Shown: one piece after another, positions 62,381 to 64,000 of the stretch
How the letters are laid out: each line of letters opens with the position of its first letter
Position numbering within the stretch: position 1 is the stretch's first letter
Assembly: GCA_963768035.1 (NCBI GenBank)
Contig: CAVYGJ010000008.1
Span: 26,710 to 90,709 of the forward strand
Length of the DNA stretch: 64,000 nt
Source: an uncultured Chloroflexia bacterium
GTDB lineage: Bacteria > Chloroflexota > Limnocylindria > Limnocylindrales > CSP1-4
Reading direction: 5' to 3'
The notes under the pieces: generated by a model
Databases searched by the model: none
Told to the model about the DNA's origin: nothing
The model's input: only the letters and a program-made list of their open reading frames with translations
Translations under genes and position numbers: made by a program

Positions 62381-63043
62381 ATGACCCGCCGCCCGGAGCC
62401 AGCGAGCGCGGCCCGGGCACGGATGGTTCGCACCCAGCTCCGCGATCGCGGCATCCGGGACGAGCGCGTCCTCGACGTCATGGGCAGGCTCGCGCGCGAG
62501 GCCTTCGTCCCCGACGACGAGCGCGGCGACGCCTACGCGGACAACCCGCTCCCGATCGGCGCGGGGCAGACGATCAGCCAGCCGTACATCGTCGCGCGCA
62601 TGACCGAGCTCCTGGCGGTCGCGCCCGGCGAGCGCGTCCTCGAGGTGGGCACCGGGTCCGGCTACCAGGCCGCGGTCCTCGCGGAGCTCGACTGCCGGGT
62701 CACCACCATCGAGCGCGACACCGGCCTGGCGGCCGCGGCCCGCGAACGCCTCGAAGGACTGGGCTACACGCGGGACCGCATCGACGTCCGAACCGGCGAC
62801 GGGACGCAGGGACTCCCGGACGAGGCGCCGTGGGACGGGATCCTCGTCGCCGCGGCCGCCCCGGAGATCCCGGATCCGCTCCGCGAGCAGCTCGGCGAGG
62901 GGCGCCGGCTGGTCATCCCGGTGGGCTCGCGCCACGAGCAGCAGCTGCTCGTCGTCGAGCGCCACGGGACCGAGTGGCGGGAGTGGTCGGACGGTCCCTG
63001 CGTGTTCGTCCCGCTCATCGGGGAGGCGGGCTGGGAGGCCTGA
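62381..63043 (+). CDS. pcm: Protein-L-isoaspartate O-methyltransferase
   Basis: QTISQPYIVA, VLEVGTGSGYQAA, GDGTQG and FVPLIG. Confidence 0.94.
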   Translation: MTRRPEPASAARARMVRTQLRDRGIRDERVLDVMGRLAREAFVPDDERGDAYADNPLPIGAGQTISQPYIVARMTELLAVAPGERVLEVGTGSGYQAAVLAELDCRVTTIERDTGLAAAARERLEGLGYTRDRIDVRTGDGTQGLPDEAPWDGILVAAAAPEIPDPLREQLGEGRRLVIPVGSRHEQQLLVVERHGTEWREWSDGPCVFVPLIGEAGWEA

Positions 63044-63077
63044 TCGGCGCCTGCCGGAACCGTATACTCCGGCTGCC

Positions 63078-64000
63078 ATGACCCACGTCTTCATCGCGCC
63101 CCACCCGGACGACGTCGCCCTCTCGTGTGGCGGCCTCATCGCCAGCCTCCGCGAGCTCGGCCAGAACGTGGCGATCCTGACCCTCTACTCGGGGACGGGC
63201 GCCGGCACGTCGGACGGACCGGGCCAGCGCGAGGCCCTGGGCTTCGGCTCCAAGACGATCTGGCCGGTGACCGAGGCCTTCAACCGGGCGCACCTCATCG
63301 CGGACTACCCCGAGGACTCGTCCGCGGCCCCGTGGCAGGCGACGAAGGAGGGCCTCGAGGCGACCCAGGGCGACGCCGACGCCGCCGCGAAGCGGTTCTG
63401 GCAGCGGTCCTCGTGGTACCGCCGGGCGAACATCCACAACGAGAGCCTCGCCGGCCAGCCGCTCATCGACGACGTGTCGGCGCAGGGCGCGGTCCTCACG
63501 AGCGAGCGCGTCGACGCCGCCGAGGCGGGCGACCTCATGGCCCTCCGGCGACTCGAGGACGAGCGCTACGCGGCGTTCGCCGAGGTGTCGATGATCTGGC
63601 TGGACCTCGCCGACGCCGTCTACCGCGGCTACGAGGGCGACGACGCGCTCCTCGGCGAGCCGCGCGCCGACGACCTGGCGCCCGTCGACCTCCTCCGCCG
63701 CGAGATCGTCCGGCTCGAGCCGCAGCGGGTCTACCTGCCGCTCGCCGTCGGCGGCCACGTGGACCACCGGCTGACCCGCGACGCCGGCACGGCGCTCCTC
63801 CACGACGCGCGGCGCTGGGTGATGCCCGGGCCCGACTACGTCGGCCAGATCGCGTACTACGAGGACTTCCCGTACGCCTGGTGGGACGAGTTCACGCGCA
63901 TCGAGGAGCTCCCGGGCGGCGGGCTTCCCGGGCTCCCGGAGGGCGTCTCCGTCGCCGCCGAGTACGCGGACGTGAGCGACATGCTGGAGCGCAAGATCCG
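63078..64000 (+). CDS. PIG-L family deacetylase (3'-truncated by window edge)
   Basis: Read directly from the sequence: MTHVFIAPHPDDVALSCGG..RRLEDE..DAVYRGY..PLAVGGHVDH..YYEDFPY. TATACT lies 9 nt before the ATG. Confidence 0.85.
   Translation, partial: MTHVFIAPHPDDVALSCGGLIASLRELGQNVAILTLYSGTGAGTSDGPGQREALGFGSKTIWPVTEAFNRAHLIADYPEDSSAAPWQATKEGLEATQGDADAAAKRFWQRSSWYRRANIHNESLAGQPLIDDVSAQGAVLTSERVDAAEAGDLMALRRLEDERYAAFAEVSMIWLDLADAVYRGYEGDDALLGEPRADDLAPVDLLRREIVRLEPQRVYLPLAVGGHVDHRLTRDAGTALLHDARRWVMPGPDYVGQIAYYEDFPYAWWDEFTRIEELPGGGLPGLPEGVSVAAEYADVSDMLERKI

Noticed and set aside
62381-63043. pcm as a RiPP aspartimide-forming tailoring enzyme for the micro-peptides
   Set aside because: It looks like a standard-length housekeeping PIMT with no C-terminal extension, and the predicted mature peptide tails contain no Asp.

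Overview
This is a very high-GC chromosomal window from a monoderm-type bacterium. The GAAC-N4-GTTC LexA boxes, frequent leaderless genes, PMT-type mannosyltransferase and gene content fit Chloroflexota (Limnocylindria-like) or an actinobacterial relative; this is inference only. Many genes carry single-base frameshifts that look like long-read assembly errors rather than pseudogenes. In order, it holds: a maltodextrin-type ABC/LacI/GH13 locus, tdh-kbl, an ECF sigma/anti-sigma pair, a protein O-mannosyltransferase flanked by five secreted proteins sharing a C-terminal TPPxTDT-TM-basic tail, argS, a dispersed THF-dependent histidine utilisation set (hutH/U/I, formiminotransferase, cyclodeaminase, folD, fhs), dinB, rplI, lexA and dnaB. 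The top candidate for an undescribed system is at about 53.9-61.6 kb. There an ATPase-TPR-BTAD regulator precedes a c-di-GMP-II-like riboswitch with an overlapping terminator, two unannotated micro-ORFs that both end in LKG[W/F], a membrane-sensor HD-GYP phosphodiesterase and a DUF5317-MFS fusion whose N-terminal domain has an LspA-like aspartate pattern. The peptide and sensor part is a compositionally foreign cassette between host-like flanks. Together this suggests a peptide-pheromone system wired to c-di-GMP turnover.
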